Source of the DNA: Mobula birostris
Taxonomy: Eukaryota
Reading direction: 5' to 3'
DNA: 64,000 nt
NCBI RefSeq assembly: GCF_030028105.1
Contig: NC_092398.1
Span: 28,986,424-29,050,423 of the forward strand
This document shows, piece after piece, positions 13,238-24,061 of the stretch. The notes under the pieces are model-generated. The model saw nothing but the letters and a program-made list of their open reading frames with translations. It searched no databases and was not told where the DNA came from. Positions within the stretch are counted from its first letter, which is position 1. Each line of letters starts with the position of its first letter. The position numbers were made by a program, and so were the translations under genes.

Positions 13238-13964
13238 CGTAACATGGTAACAGGTTCAAGGTTCCAGTGAGCGAACCAGACAACACAGATTGCGCGTGAA
13301 TATGTTAACTATTTATAAATACATGAACAGTGAAACACTAAACCAGGTATCTAGCGAAACAAGTGCTTGTCTAAACTACCTTAAACTACAAAGGGCCACA
13401 ATATGAAACATTTAGTAACTTTTACTCCAATAAATCTCCCCAACCAAGCATGCTACAAATGAGTACTTAACTAAACAAAAGTGGGGGCCTGTCTCTGTCT
13501 GCAACACTCTTTCCCAATGATCCTTCAGCGCTGGTCGTGACTTCAGCCTGAAGCGAGCCCCTGAAGACAGAGGAAAGGGAGCGAGTCTCTCGCACGTGCC
13601 ATTCTTATACCCCTAAGCCTCCCGGAACCGGAAACCGATGCCACGGCGCACAAGTCAACCAATGGAAAAAAACTGCCACATCCTTTGAATGAGCCAATCA
13701 ATGACTGGCATGGCAGAAGGAGCTTTTGACAGGTTAATAAGCCAACTCCTCTCATGACAACAATTCTTGAATACTCTGGCTTCTGTCCAAACTAATTAAT
13801 GTGCCTCGTTAAGATACTGAGACAGCCTTTAACAATCAGAAGCATTACAAATTAATACTACATATTTAAAACAAGGAGACATAGAGATGCTTAAAGCAAT
13901 TAAAATGTTTAAATTGATAATAAAATATGTATATTCAGTAATTTAAAAAAAAGATACTGTGACA
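13238..13964. mobile_element. Solo-LTR-like element
   Basis: Discrete non-coding block starting (c)GTAACA and ending TGTGACA; family not recognised. Confidence 0.4.
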
Positions 13965-15600
13965 GCTTTCTTTGACCGACCCATGATAACTGTTGACTAA
14001 TAATGTGAGGCCGATGTTCCTACTCTTCGACCAGTCTCTTTGTGAGCGACGGGGTGGGTTCCTTAAACAGAGCTGGTTCAGTACATGGGTAGGAGGGGTT
14101 CTGTGGGACACGTACCAAGTGGCATAAACTTAGTGGGCACTATGGTTGGTACAGATATGTTGGGCCGAGGGGCCTATTTCTGTGTTGTATTGTTCCATGA
14201 CCTCTATTAGTTCATTAGATCAATAAAAAGAAATGGATGAAAGCTTTCCGAGTATGAATTTCTCGTCTTATATCATGGAACCATGGAACTTGATGGCTGA
14301 AGGGTAATACCTGTTCCTGAACCTGGTGGTGTGGGACTTAAGGCTCCTGCACCTCCTTCCCGAAGGTGGTAGTGAAAAGTAGGAGTCGCTGATGCTGGAT
14401 GGTCACTGGGTGGTGAAGGTGGTGTTTGGCATGCTGGCCTCCAGCAGTCATGGAACGCTGTAGAGGAGCAGGGACATGTCATGCATTTGTCCAGCGATCA
14501 CAACCAGGGTTCGAACCCCATCACTGTCAGCAAGTCACCCACGACTGCGTGGGTTTCCTCCGAGCACTCCGATTTCCTGCCACACTCCAAACACGCCGCA
14601 GATTGATGAACTTGCGTTCAAGAGCCACAGGGTGATGTTGCGGCTCCATTAAACCCTGGTTAGACCAAACTCGGAACAGTGTATTCAGTTTTGATCTCCT
14701 CGTTATAGGAAGGATGTGGAAGCTTTAGAAGTGGTTCAAGTTAGATTTGCTGCCTGGATTAGAGAGAGTGCCTTACGAGGATAGAATGAGTGAACTAGCG
14801 CTATTTTGTTTAGAGCGAAGAAGAATTAGAGGTGACTTGATAAAGGTGTTAAAGATGATAAGAGGTATTGACTGGACAGGCAGATTACAATGTTCGATGG
14901 ATTTTATTAAAATTCGCCACTTCATTCTCCTAAACTCCAGCAAGTACAGACCCAGAGCAATCAAATGCTCCTCTTACTTTAACCCTTTCATTCCCAGGAT
15001 CATGCTTGTGAACCTTCAATGCTAGCAGATGCTTTCTTAGATAAGGGGCCCCAAACTAATCACGATACTTCAAGTGTGGTTTGACCAATGCCTTTAAAGC
15101 CTCAGCATTACATCCTTGCTTTTTTTATTCTAGCCCTCCGGAGATGGCTGCTAACATTGAATTTGCCTTCCTTATCATTGATTTAACCAAATTAACCTGG
15201 GAAACTGGGACGAGCAGTGGTCACATCTCAGAAGTCACTCTGGAGTTGGCAATCTGGACTCACTCAGTTTGTAGTCAATAGCCAGGAATCAGAAGTCAGT
15301 GCTCACTGACCCAGTCCTCACACTAATCCCAGCACCCCTCTCTCCTAGTGTGGGGAACAACCCAGTGTTTGGATAAGTTCTTGTGTCAGTCTCTCCACAT
15401 CTGTTTGTCTATATGTTCACAGAGTAATTAGGCTATTTGGCCCCGTGAGTCTGCTCCGCCATTTCATCATGGCTGATGCAATTTTCCTCTCAGAAGGCAG
15501 GAGACTGGGGTTGACAGAAAATTGGATCAGCCATGATGAAATGGTGGAGCAGACTTGATGGGCCAAATGCCCTAATTCTGCTCCTCTTTCTTATGGTCTC

Positions 15601-15810
15601 CTCCCACTGCCCCAATCTCTCCCGAGTCCTGGGTCAAACGAATCCCAGTACTCTACTCTCTCTTCACAGCCCTTTTCCAATCCCCAAACTCTCCCACTGC
15701 CCCAATCTCTCCCCTGAGCCCTGTGTCAAACGAATCCCACTCTTCCACTCTCTGTTCACAGCCCTTTGCCAATCCCCAAACTAATCTCACTGCCCCACTC
15801 TCTCCCTTCA
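15601..15810. repeat. ~90-bp tandem duplication (2 and a partial unit)
   Basis: ctcccactgccccaatctctccc…gtcaaacgaatccca…cacagcccttt…ccaatccccaaact begins at 15601, at 15691 and partially near 15785. Confidence 0.8.
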
Positions 15811-16058
15811 GCCCCGCGTCAGTCACCGGGCTCTCACTGCCCTGTGTCCCTGCCCCACTCTCTCCCCTCGGCCCTGCGTTCTCCCCTCAGCCTTGCGTTG
15901 TTACAGAGTTGAGAGGAAACAGGTTCAAGGTGACAGGAACGTGAGAGTAACTCAAATAACCACCCGTGTGCAGAAGAGCATTTCTGAACGCATAAAATGC
16001 CGACCCTTGAACGTTGAATACAGCAGTGGAAGGCCACGGAAACACACTCAGTGGCCAC

Positions 16059-16804
16059 TTTATTAGCGGCGGGCGGCATTTACACTGAGCGTATATTCTC
16101 CGTTTCGTTTTTTGTTCAGAACTGACTTAATGTACTTATGGAATCTGGAAAGCATACAAAGCAAAAACTGTTCTATTACTTAACCTATGATGATTTATAA
16201 TGAAGTTATTTAGTATAGTGATATATTAATAAGGAATTATTTACAACAAAATTATTTACAGTCAGGCAATTTGTAAAGTTTCAAGTCTTAGCAAATCATT
16301 CCTCAGCCGACACCGAAGTGTCTTCTGGAGACGCGCACTGAGTTCCATTGAAAGGACGGCAAAGTAACCCAAAGGATCTTTCTTGGACACTGCCGCTCAC
16401 TTGATTGTTAGAAAAGCCCGATTTCTCTCCGTGGAGAACAGTCTCCTGCTACTCTTCGATGTCAACCGTCCGCCTGGCGTGGAGAGGTGGCCGGAAAATC
16501 CTCATCCTCGGCAGCGGCGAGCTCCTCCACGGTGCTTGTGACGTTGTGGGGCGACCACGGGAGGAGGAAGGTCTGCACTCAGCTCACACCTCTACTGGGG
16601 CAAATTGACCTGCAGGTTCCTTTGCCAGCTCCAGTTCCTCTCCCTTGGGATCGGCCACAGGGCGACGCACCTCCGCAGATAGAGGTTCTTCGCCAGGGAA
16701 CACACGGGCCGCAGCTGGAATAGCGAGGGCTCCCCACCGCCGTTCATCCCATTGCTGGCTACTGCCAGATGATCTGGGTGCCTTTCTTCCGGGTCTTCTG
16801 GCTC
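16059..16804 (-). other. Orphan terminal exon: GC/CpG-rich 5' part followed by an AT-rich 3' UTR-like part
   Basis: Acceptor cattctatttctactcaag|; unique non-repeat sequence; composition switches to AT-rich near 16280; first canonical AATAAA at 16059-16064. Product not recognised. Confidence 0.4.
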
Positions 16805-17034
16805 CTTGAGTAGAAATAGAATGTTTAGCCGTCTGCTTCTCTCAAACCGCAGCAAATAAACAATAAACGACGACGCATCCATTGTTCTACCGTGAAGAGG
16901 CAAAAAGACAAGCTCCAAGCAGAACGAGAGGTGAACGAAATGGTCACACCGTCGTGATGAGTGGCCGCTCAGTAGACACCAATGGGGCACCAAGGTAGAT
17001 CAAGCTACAGGTGCGAGTTGGTAACAATCGTTAC

Positions 17035-17096
17035 CTTGACAACACTCAAGACCCGGGGGTGGAGGGGGGCGGGGGAGGGAGGGGGTGGCAGCTGCC
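17035..17096 (-). other. Orphan 62-nt exon (Pro-rich if coding)
   Basis: First AG after a long pyrimidine-rich, AG-poor stretch (ctggctcag|); donor CAAG|gtaacg. Confidence 0.45.
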
Positions 17097-17099
17097 CTG

Positions 17100-17710
17100 A
17101 GCCAGAAACATGAATTTGAGGCCAACAACAAAGGGGCAGGGAGAGGGAGAGAGAAAAGGGGCCGAAACAGGGAGGGACATAGAAGGGGACATTAACAGAG
17201 AGAAAAACAGATAAAGAGAGAGAAGGAGATGAAGGTGGAAAGAGGGAGGGCGACGGAGAGGAAGAGAGAGGTAGACAGATAGAGAGGAAAAGTGGGGAAG
17301 AGAGGGAGGTTGGCAGAAAGAGAGGGAGAGGGGGTGTCGGGGCAGATGGGGGAGACAGCAGGCTGGGGAGATGGACTTGGGGGGGAGAGATGGAGCGGGA
17401 GAGTGGACAGAGTTCTGAGAAAGAGAGAGGGAGACGAAGAGGGAAAGGAGGGAGGACCACAGGTAGGGAGAGAGAGAGAAAGAGAAACAGAGGGGGACAG
17501 AGAGGGAGAGAGACAGGTGGAGGGGAGAGGGAGATGGAGAGGGGGAGTCAGTGCAGGTGGGAGAGATGGAGTGGGGTGGGGTGGAGACAAAGTAGGGGGT
17601 AGTGGAGTAGACAGAGCTGAGGGCGGTTTGGACAGAGCACTGGGGGAGACAGAGAGGAAGGGAGAGGCAGACAGGGTGACTGAGAGAGAGAGAGAGAGAG
17701 AGACATACCC
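17100..17710. repeat. Polypurine/polypyrimidine low-complexity tract
   Basis: About 600 nt, almost entirely G/A on the + strand, ending in (GA)n. Confidence 0.9.
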
Positions 17711-18165
17711 CAATTTATAACACTAATTCTAATTTCTAATCCTTCGGTCCATGACCCTGATCTGGTCCCTAGTCTCCCTCATCTCCAGTCATCATGTTAC
17801 TCCTTACATCTGTTATAAATTTGCAGTAAAAGTTCAGGATTTAGTTTAGGGACTTAGAGTTAGTTCCAGCACATATTTCCTTTGATAAGGGCACAAAAGT
17901 GTTCTCGATACTCCAAGTGTAGTCTGACTGATGCTTTAAAAAGCCTCAGCATTGCATCCTTGCTTTTATGTTCTGGTGCTGTGGAAACGAGAGTTTCCCT
18001 CACCGTTGCACCCCGCTCCCCCCCCCCCCCCCGCCCCCTGCCATTTCTACTCAAGCCATTGATTTCCCTCCAGCAATCTGGGGGCTGTTCCAATGACAGG
18101 AACGGGGAATGGGAGGTCTCAGCTCACCCCCCCCCCCCCGCCCACTGAGTGAATCTGCCACTCAC

Positions 18166-18191
18166 CCGAATCTATGTTTGGTTACTCGGGC
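18166..18191 (-). other. Orphan 26-nt micro-exon
   Basis: gtggtttctcttag|GCCCGAGTAACCAAACATAGATTCGG|gtgagt: near-consensus splice sites on both sides. Confidence 0.45.
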
Positions 18192-19599
18192 CTAAGAGAA
18201 ACCACAGTGTGAATACTGAATGCAGTAGACTAGACTGGAAAAAATGTAAGTGAATTACTTCTTGCCCCGCAAGGAGTAATCAGGTCCCAAGATGATGGGA
18301 CGGGAAGAGGTCAGAGTATTGTGAGCAGTTTTGGTCCCTTTAACTAAGAAAACATTTGCTGGCATTGGAGGCTCATGAGAATGATCCCAGGAATGAAAGA
18401 GTTAACATATGAGGAGTGTTTGATTTCTCCAGGCCTGAAGTCACTGGGGTTTAGAAGAGTGAGGGGGGAGTTTCATTGTAACCTGCCAAATAGTGAAAGG
18501 CCTAGATAGAGAAGACGTGGAGAGGATGTTTCCTATCGTGGGGGAGTCCAGGACCAGAGGGCACAGCTTCACAATAGGAGATCACTTTAGAATAGAGATC
18601 AGGAGGAATTTCTTTAGTGGTGAAACTGTAAAATTCATTGCCGCAGTTGGCTGTGGAGGCAAGTCAATGGGTAATTTAAAGTGGAAGCTGATAGGTTCTT
18701 GGTTGTCAAAATTTATGGAACAAGGCTGGAGAATGAGGCAGAGAGGGAAAATGGGAAGAAGGAAAGGCAAAACATAATTGATGGGCTGAATGGCCTAACA
18801 CTACTCCTGTGTCTTATGGTCTCTTCTGGCACATGGCAGTTGCAAGAGCAGGTGCTGTGAGAAGGGTCATGATGACAATCTGGGGTGACTTTGTTTTTGT
18901 TCGTCCATCGTCAACGTCGATAAAGACCTCGACACCACCTGGTGTCGAGACTAGCGCGTGATTTGGATTTAAGTGAGGGAGAGTTGCGCAGCATCAGCCT
19001 CACTCTCTGTTCCCAATTCCCATCTGGGTCCAGTGGCAAGACAGATTTGAGACGGCTGGAGATGGGAATAGGCACAGTGGATAACCAACACATCTTCTGT
19101 GTCTTATCACATTCCACGACGCTTGCAGAGACCGCCTTCTTGACTGTTGGACCTTCCATTTGTCTTGTCTACTCAATCTGCCAGATAGAAGCAGGTATAG
19201 ACAACACCCTATCTCACCGAGGGTTTGAGACCCGTTGGCTACCCTCACCTGGTTTAGCCGTTGCCCGGGGTGTGGCTGCTGTCGCATGCAAACAGCTATG
19301 AGGAGCCACAGGTGAGAGCTGAGTGCCAGGTGGGGACCAAAGGTGGACTATTGACCTTGAAAAGGACGCAACATGTTCGCCCACCAGGTGATACCCCTCC
19401 CTGACACCCCATACACTCCAAAAGCTGTATAAAGTCACTCTTAAGTTGATTTACTGTTGTCACATGCACCAAAGCACATAAAAAATGTTCATGCAGATTA
19501 CGCGGTGCATTGAGGTAGAACAAAGTAAAATAAGAAAAGAATTCAGAATAAAATGTCACAGCAACATTGAATGTTCTGCGGGATAGGGAATAAGGTTGA

Positions 19600-20060
19600 G
19601 ATAGACTACTCTCCAGGGATCTGAATAAAGGCGGCTGTGTAGATCGTGGAGACATTAATCATGATCTTTCAAGAATCACTAGATTTATGAATGGTTCTGG
19701 AGTACTGGAAAATTGCAAATGTCACTCCACTCTTCAAGAAGGGAGAGAGGCAAAAGAAAGGAAATGGTAGGCCAGTTAGTCTGAATGCAGTGGTTGGGAA
19801 GATGTTGGAGCCAATAGTCAAGGAAGAGGTTTTGTGGTACTTAGAGGCACGTGATAAAATAGGCCATGGTTTCCTTAAGGAGATATCTTGCCTGACAAAC
19901 TTGTTGGAATTCATTGAGGAAATAACAGGCAGGGTAGACAAAGGAGAGTCAGTGGGTTTTGTGTACTTCGATCTTCAGAAGGCCTTTGACAAGTTGCCAC
20001 ACATAAAGCTGCTTAAGAAGATAAGAGCCTGTGGTTTTACAGGAACAATACTCGTGTAAC
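19600..20060 (+). mobile_element. CR1 RT fragment
   Basis: WKIANVTPLFKKG…RPVSL…HGFLKEISCLTNL…FDLQKAFDK. Confidence 0.85.
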
Positions 20061-20339
20061 CCTCAGGTTTGGTGAGCAGATCACTCTCGGGAAAGACACC
20101 TCCGGTCCGGCCCAAACTTGAGAAATCTCGTTTGGGTGGATGCTGCATGGTGTTCCCCTGTTACAAATCAGTACCACGAAATAACAAACAGTACAGAACA
20201 TGCAATTAAACGATTGAGCTTCATAATTCTTAATTTGACTATAGGGTTAGTAAAGAAGGTGCTGTCTTACTGTCAGACACCTCACAGACTGTCTGAGACT
20301 GGCTGTCTGTAGTTCTGAGCCAAAATTCAGGGAACTAGC

Positions 20340-21830
20340 AGAAAGTATTGAGCCCCAGTCATCACACTGAGTGCAACAGTCAATTTTTATTCATTTATTT
20401 TTCGTGTTGAAATAAAACTAAATAAAGAATCTTAGAATTAAAGGTATGAGGTATTGTAATATTCTTAAAGAAAGACAGCTATGGCCTGTTTGATATGCTA
20501 GTTACAGTGTTTTCTTGGTTGAAATAATTTGAAAGTTTGACAAAAGCATTTTATGTAATTCAATTAGCCCAAATAACAGACCTCAAGTTGGAAGTACAAT
20601 CTGAGCTGTTTTCTCTGTAAACGATTTAGTAGGTACATCTTGCCTTTCACTAAGGCCCAGGTAGGGGATCTTGGGCTTAAAAATGTTGGCCACCACTAGT
20701 CTAAATCATCGTCAACATTTTGAGCCAAAAACCTCAATCGACGACTTTTTTCAAGCATGACTCTTGTAATATCTGCTAGCAACAAAATTAAAGTTCATCC
20801 TTTAAATAGCGGAATATTTTGCCAGTTATGCCAAGATAATGATGAAAATTTTAAATGCTTGTTTCTTTACACTGAGGTGCATTGGCTGTCAAAGGTATGT
20901 TATTGAAAATACTTCTTTGATCTTTTTGCCACTGTGTCTGAACTTTTGCTCAAAGTAGACAACAGCTTGGGGAACTACTACATGGAGATTTGGCATACCT
21001 AGCCAATCTATATGGCGAAATGAACATTCTAAATATAAACGAGAATTTCAATTTAATCCAGGCAAAAAGTGCAGTGTCCGCTTTTATCAGAAAGTTGGAA
21101 ATATATGAGTAAAACATTAGGAGAAAAATGTTCTCATCGTTTCCCTACATGGAAAGTATGGCACTCCCTTTCACAGATGATGATTTGCAAAGGTACTGCT
21201 TACACCTGCAGTCACTGAAGAAGGATTTTCCGAGTGAATTTGAACGATCTATAAATTCCGGACTGGGCATTTAACCCATTTCTTTGCAAGGTGGAAGAAC
21301 AGCAAGGGAGCTCGCAAGAAGAAATGATTGAAATTCAGTGTGATGAAAATGCAAAAATGCTTTTCAAAACTGTCGGCTTTTGTGATATTTGGCTACACTG
21401 TCATAGAAAGTTTCCTGGTCTTTGGAGAAGATCCAAACAGCTCCTTATTGCATTTCCATCCTCCTACCCTGTTGAAAGATGCTTCATTGCAGTGAATCAC
21501 AAATTCACAAAAGCAGGACTGCTTGGTCATTGTTATATGTGGGGACTTAAGGCTTTTGCTGTCACAACTTGAATCAGATATTTCAACTCTTGCTAAAAAC
21601 CTTCAAGGTCAGGGCTCATATCGATATCGAAGCTGCTGTGCAGTGTGTAGGTACAGTGTAAGCGAGGTTTAAAGACAAACAAGAATTTAAAGCAGAATCA
21701 GTTCTCTCATGTTAGCATATTGTAGGCATGTTTCTGTGCTATGGGGGTGCCGGAAAGTACATTGTGGTAAGTATGAAGGTGCTTTAGGAGGGCATTGGGC
21801 TAAAACCTGTTAGAAAACACTGACCTACAG
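20340..21830 (+). mobile_element. hAT (Charlie/Buster-like) transposon remnant
   Basis: YTEVHWLSKG motif near 20870 and a C-terminal AFPSSYPVERCF segment; heavily frameshifted. Confidence 0.7.
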
Positions 21831-23609
21831 AAACTTCTGTCACCTGCCCTAATTTGACAAACTCTATCCCATCTCGTCCTTTTACAGCATGGGAGTCCCA
21901 GTTAATGTGTGTAAAGTTAAAATCACCTTCTATAACAACCTTATGTTTCTTGAAACTGTCTGTGATCTCTCTACAGATTTATTCCTCTAAATCCCTCAGA
22001 CTGTTGGGTTGTCTGTAATATAGTCCCATGAACATAGTCATACCTTTCTTTTTCTCAGAGTGCCTCACTAGACGAGTTCCCCAGTCTGTCTCGATTGAGC
22101 ACTGCTGTGACATTTTCCTTGACTAGTAATGCCACCTCTCCTGCTTTAAACCATCCTACTCTGTTGCATCTAAAACAGACCCTGGAATATTGAGCTGCCA
22201 GTCCTGCCCCTCCTACAACCAGGTCTCACCAATGGCTATAATATCATAACTCCAAGTGTTAATCCATGCCCTAAGCTCATCCACCTTTCCTACGCTACCT
22301 CTTGCATTGAAATATACACAGCTAACTGTACACCCATGATTGTATAGCCAGGTTTCCATCAAACTCAATATATAAACTTGCTGATGACACCACAATTGTA
22401 GGCCCTATCTCCGATAATGATGAGTTTGAGTACAGAGAGGAAATTAAGAACCTAGTGAACCTGGCGAAGACAATAACCTATCCCTCAACTTCAGCAAGAC
22501 GAAGGAATTGGTTTTTGACTTCAGACGGAGTAGCGGACCGCACAACCCCATTTACATCAGTGGTGCGCAAGTGAAACAGGTCAAAAGCTTTAAGTTTCTT
22601 GGGGCCAATATCACAAATGACCTGACTTGGTCCAACCAAGCAGAGTCCACTGCCAAGAAGGCCTACCAGCGCCTTTACTTCCTGAGAAAGCTAAAGAAAT
22701 TTGGCCTGTCCACTGAAACCCTCACTAATTTTTATAACTGTGGAAAGCATTCTTCTTGGGTACATCACAACCTGGCATGGAAGCTGTCCCGTCCAAGACC
22801 GGAAGAAACTGCAGAAGATCGTGAACACAGCCCAGCACATCACACAAACCAATATTTGGTCCTTGGACTCACTTTAACACGCACACTGTCAGAGCAGTGC
22901 TGCCAAGATAATCAAGGACACGACCCACTCAGCCAACACACTTTTCGTCCCTCTTCCCTCCGGGAGAAGGTTCAGGAGCTTGAAGACTCGTACAGCCAGA
23001 TTTGGAAACAGCTTCTTTCCAACTGTGATAAGACTGCTGAACGGATCCTGACCTAGATCTGGGCCGTACCCTCCAAATATCCGGACGTGCCTCTTGTTTT
23101 TTTTTCACTACCTTACTTTCCCTTCTCTATTTTCTAATTATGACTTATAATTTAAAGTTTTAACATTTACTATCGATTTGTACTCCAGGGAGCGCGAAGC
23201 GCAGAATCAAATATCGCTGTGATGATTGTACACTCGAGTATCAATTGTTTGGCGACAATAAAATACAGTGAGGTAATGTAAAGTTAAAGGTCAGGACACT
23301 CAACCTTTAGATTCCTGGCTCAGTCTGAGCTCTTACCAACATCTGTCTCAACAATCTCTCCGCTAGCTGTTCTGGCACTCTAGTTCCCATCCCCCTGCAA
23401 CTCTAGTTTAAACTCCACTGTGAAGCACCAGCAAACCTTCCCACTAGGATATTAATCCCCTCCCCGTTCAGGTGTAAACCATCTCTTCTGTACAGATCCC
23501 ACCTTCCCATCTCTCGCATTTCAGCCACTAAAGCTTGTAACTCCTCCAGAGTTGTCATAGATCTCTTAGTGTCCTCCCTCACTTGTCCCCTTCTGGCATT
23601 GTCATCCAA

Positions 23610-24061
23610 AATTCTTATGCGCTTCCTCCTACATCAACTCATTAGCCACATGTAAAGCTGTATAAACTTCCTATTCACCCCTTTTAATATGACACACCAA
23701 ATCATCACTGATGCAGCCAATTCGTTTTAGATGTCACATAATTTATTTTCTGTTTTTGGAGACCTGTGTGCAATCAGGGTGTTTGAATTGATAGCAGTAA
23801 AAATGTACCTGTATCTGGAAGGCCAACCTGGTCGTGAGCCAGTGTCCAAGTAACACTGGCTACACCATGAAATAAAAGAACACTCCAAGCAACTCCGCCA
23901 AAAGCACAAGTCAGGAGATGGATACAAGAAAAATTTCAAGTCACTGACTATCCCTTGGAGCGCAGTTGTTGATCATCAAGAAATGGAGAGAATATGTAAC
24001 AGCTGTAAATCTGCCCAGAGCAGGCCGTCCTCAAGAACTGAGTGACTGTGCCAGAAGGGGA
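23610..24061 (+). mobile_element. Tc1 transposon, 5' part (split by a CR1 insertion)
   Basis: Transposase N-terminus remnant ending …ccgtcctcaagaactgagtgactgtgccagaagggg, which resumes at 28445. Confidence 0.75.

Noticed and set aside
16487-16993. ORFs 16487-16723(+) and 16592-16993(-) as stand-alone genes, and TGA read-through (selenoprotein) in another frame
   Set aside because: No recognisable domain. The minus ORF runs through an apparent intron (16805-17034), no SECIS was identified, and a faint TIR box-3 resemblance (WQRNLQVNLP) has no supporting upstream sequence.
17005-17720. Pro/Ser/Leu-rich and Gly/Glu/Arg-rich ORFs
   Set aside because: Products of the low-complexity purine tract.
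18820-18895. TM-like peptide on - (PQIVIMTLLTAPALATAMCQKR)
   Set aside because: Only about 75 nt between two repeats, with no glycine motif and no usable donor; likely chance.
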